From Nemertoderma westbladi (Eukaryota > Animalia > Xenacoelomorpha), in the NCBI GenBank assembly GCA_032718475.1, contig JAUCBJ010005892.1, positions 7,562 to 71,561 on the forward strand: 64,000 nt of DNA, written 5' to 3'. Every line of letters starts with the position of its first letter. Within the stretch, counting starts at the first letter, position 1. The notes beneath the pieces were generated by a model, which did not search any database, was not told the origin of the DNA, and saw nothing but the letters and a program-made list of their open reading frames with translations. Below, piece after piece: positions 61,843 to 64,000 of this stretch. Made by a program: the position numbers and the translations under genes.

Positions 61843-62748
61843 GGGGGGGGGGGGGGGGGGGGGTACCCCCTCCTTGGGTAAAATTTTCACATTTTTGGTT
61901 TTCTATTTCATCTGATGCAGAATTTAATGGGGAGTTCAAATCTTAAAACAGTTTGGCGAGATATTTTTTAGTTCTCGAGTTATCGCTGTCTTTCCGTCTA
62001 TCAGTTTGTCCGTCAAAATTTAGAAGACAGACAGTCAGACAGACATATTAGATGCCACCAAACATTAAAACTGACATCAGAAATGAAATCACCAAACCCG
62101 AAAACCCCCATATTGATAATTTTAGTGAGTTGGTATGAAGCCATAGTGGTAAACATTACTGACAGATTAACAGACTACAGACAGTCAGGTTTGAGCGGGA
62201 AGGTTCAAATTTTAAAGGAAATTATCTCGGAATTACATTTCACGATATTTCGATTTTTCAAAATACTACTCCTCCGCCGTTTTTCACCCAAATTCGATAA
62301 TTTATGGCTCGTTTGAAAGTTTTTTTGAACATCTTGAAAAATTATCCAGCACTTTTTTGAAAAATTTTTTTTTTTTAATATTATTGAAAATTTTAATTAA
62401 TTTTATTAATTTTAATTTATAAATTTAATTAATTTACTTAAAAATTAATAATTTAAAAAATCGGCTGGATAATTTTTGTAGAAACGATGGTGCTGAGTCC
62501 AAAAAAGTTGGTTTAAAAAAATTCGATAATTATTAAGGGATTAGTAGTGTTTTTAGTGAAATATTTAATTCCGCCACTCGCCGCTAGAGGGAAACAAAAA
62601 AATTTAAAATTTCAATTTTTGTTGCTCTTTGGCCTTCCCCACGTTGGCTGAACACAACATAACAATGATATTGACCTACAACACGAAGTTTGAGCTGTTT
62701 AAAAAAAACTCTCCCTGAGGGGTTACCCCCCCCCCCCCCCCCCCCCCC
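61843..62748. mobile_element. MITE with TTAA TSD and G-run/C-run TIRs (Kolobok-like by TTAA plus purine start)
   Basis: TTAA-G21-TACCCCCTC at the left and GAGGGGTTA-C23-TTAA at the right. Confidence 0.75.
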
Positions 62749-63132
62749 TTAATCGCTTCAATTTATTAATTTGTAGTGAATTATTTGATAATAAATAAAA
62801 AATAAATAAATAAATAAAAATAAAAAGTCAGAAAATTGCAGTGTACAGTAGTTTGATGAATGCATTACAGGTTAACAGCATTAGGCTGTAGGGTAGCCTA
62901 GCGCTTAGGCTGTGTTCTGGTGTTGCTGTGTGTGTAAATTCTCAATCTCATACATACTCTGATACTGTAGGCCTACTGTGTACTGACAGTGACATGCAGA
63001 CATACCGGTACAACATTCTGCCATTATAGCATTAGAGTTAGAGCTTACCGAGTTACCGGTGCGGTACCGGTAGCGTATTTAAGATCTGAACATCTGATTT
63101 TGGATTTAAGATTACCATAATACAGTAATACG

Positions 63133-63306
63133 ATGCCGGTACCAAATTCAGAGCCACTGCAGTCAGAGAACCAAAGTGCAATAGGTGCCCTGCACGGTCT
63201 GCAGGCGAAGTTGTCAGCGAGCGGAGAACACGAATATGACTCAGACATACAGTCGTTTATCGCCATGCTCGACTCACCGTTGTTTCATCAACTAATGACA
63301 GTTCAG
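63133..63306 (+). CDS. Patj: First coding exon of a Patj/MPDZ-family multi-PDZ protein (N-terminal L27 domain); partial gene
   Basis: AIGALHGLQAKLSASGEHEYDSDIQSFIAMLDSPLFHQLMTVQ fits the L27 pattern of MPDZ/PATJ (AL...LQ.KL...G....L.SPLF.Q...Q). Phase-0 donor CAG|GTTAG at 63306/63307. The rest of ORF 63133..63432 is intron read-through. Confidence 0.85.
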
Positions 63307-64000
63307 GTTAGCAATAACAAGTCAGCAAGTACCGTACCGCTGTACCGGACTGCCGGACCGGAAGGCCTACAAGAAGACAGGAAGATGCACTTGTGTCAAA
63401 TAGCAGAAGAGGGGATCCTCCTATCCTGTTAATTCTGAAATCACATAACAGCATAAACTGAAGTCAGTACAGCACTAGTTAGTACCCGGTTGGGTTAGCC
63501 TAGTAATGGAGCAGGTTACAGAGGCGAGTTGAAAGGAACCAAAACAATAGGCCTAAACGAGAGTTAGTAATATTGTTATCACATGCTAAATATCAGGATT
63601 TAGCAGGTGGTTTCAGTTAGCAGATTAGGAGGGTCCCCTATTTGACACTAGTGCCCAAGACAGCAAGAAGAGATTATAAGAGTGATAAGTTATCGAGATA
63701 TGGCCAAAAATGTTCAGGTTGACTTTGATCATCGATGCTAAATTCTGAAATGACAGAAATGATAAGATGATCCGCCCGCATATCTGCATAGGCCTAGGCT
63801 AGGCCTATACATTTTATGAAATATCTTGAAAAATTATCATTCTACTCTACTGTAGTTTTGAAATAAATCGATCATTGCGGTTAAAATCAACCTATCCCTG
63901 CTACCGGTATGCTATGCTGTAATGTGATGTGAAACATCTTTTGTTATACAAAAACAAAATATACATAAACAAGTAAACATACCACTACCACTACCTATAA

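Overview
Repeat-saturated, AT-rich animal (invertebrate-type) genomic DNA, not prokaryotic. Nearly all long ORFs in the track are read-throughs of tandem repeats. Left to right: the 5' end of a decayed Gypsy LTR element (LTR, tRNA-Trp-like PBS, gag, protease); a probable Helentron/DINE-type element; RTE LINE fragments; a 5'-truncated BEL/Pao pol followed by a large, intronless, decayed extra ORF (~1,190 codons) with three CCHC zinc knuckles and no env-like features; a WD40 pseudogene with a 63-bp minisatellite in a candidate intron; and a poly(A)-tailed LINE. The window is dominated by ~640 copies of a 45-bp satellite (25.2-57.7 kb). The array lies between two matching TIR-like ends of a Harbinger-like MITE and is split almost at its centre by a CACTG (EnSpm/CMC-type) element with a 2-bp TSD, which carries its own 39-bp array. 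Similar nesting recurs in a tRNA-derived SINE at 59.6-61.5 kb. The only credible host gene is the L27-domain exon of a Patj/MPDZ homologue at 63.1 kb. All family assignments come from motif recognition by eye; no searches were run.
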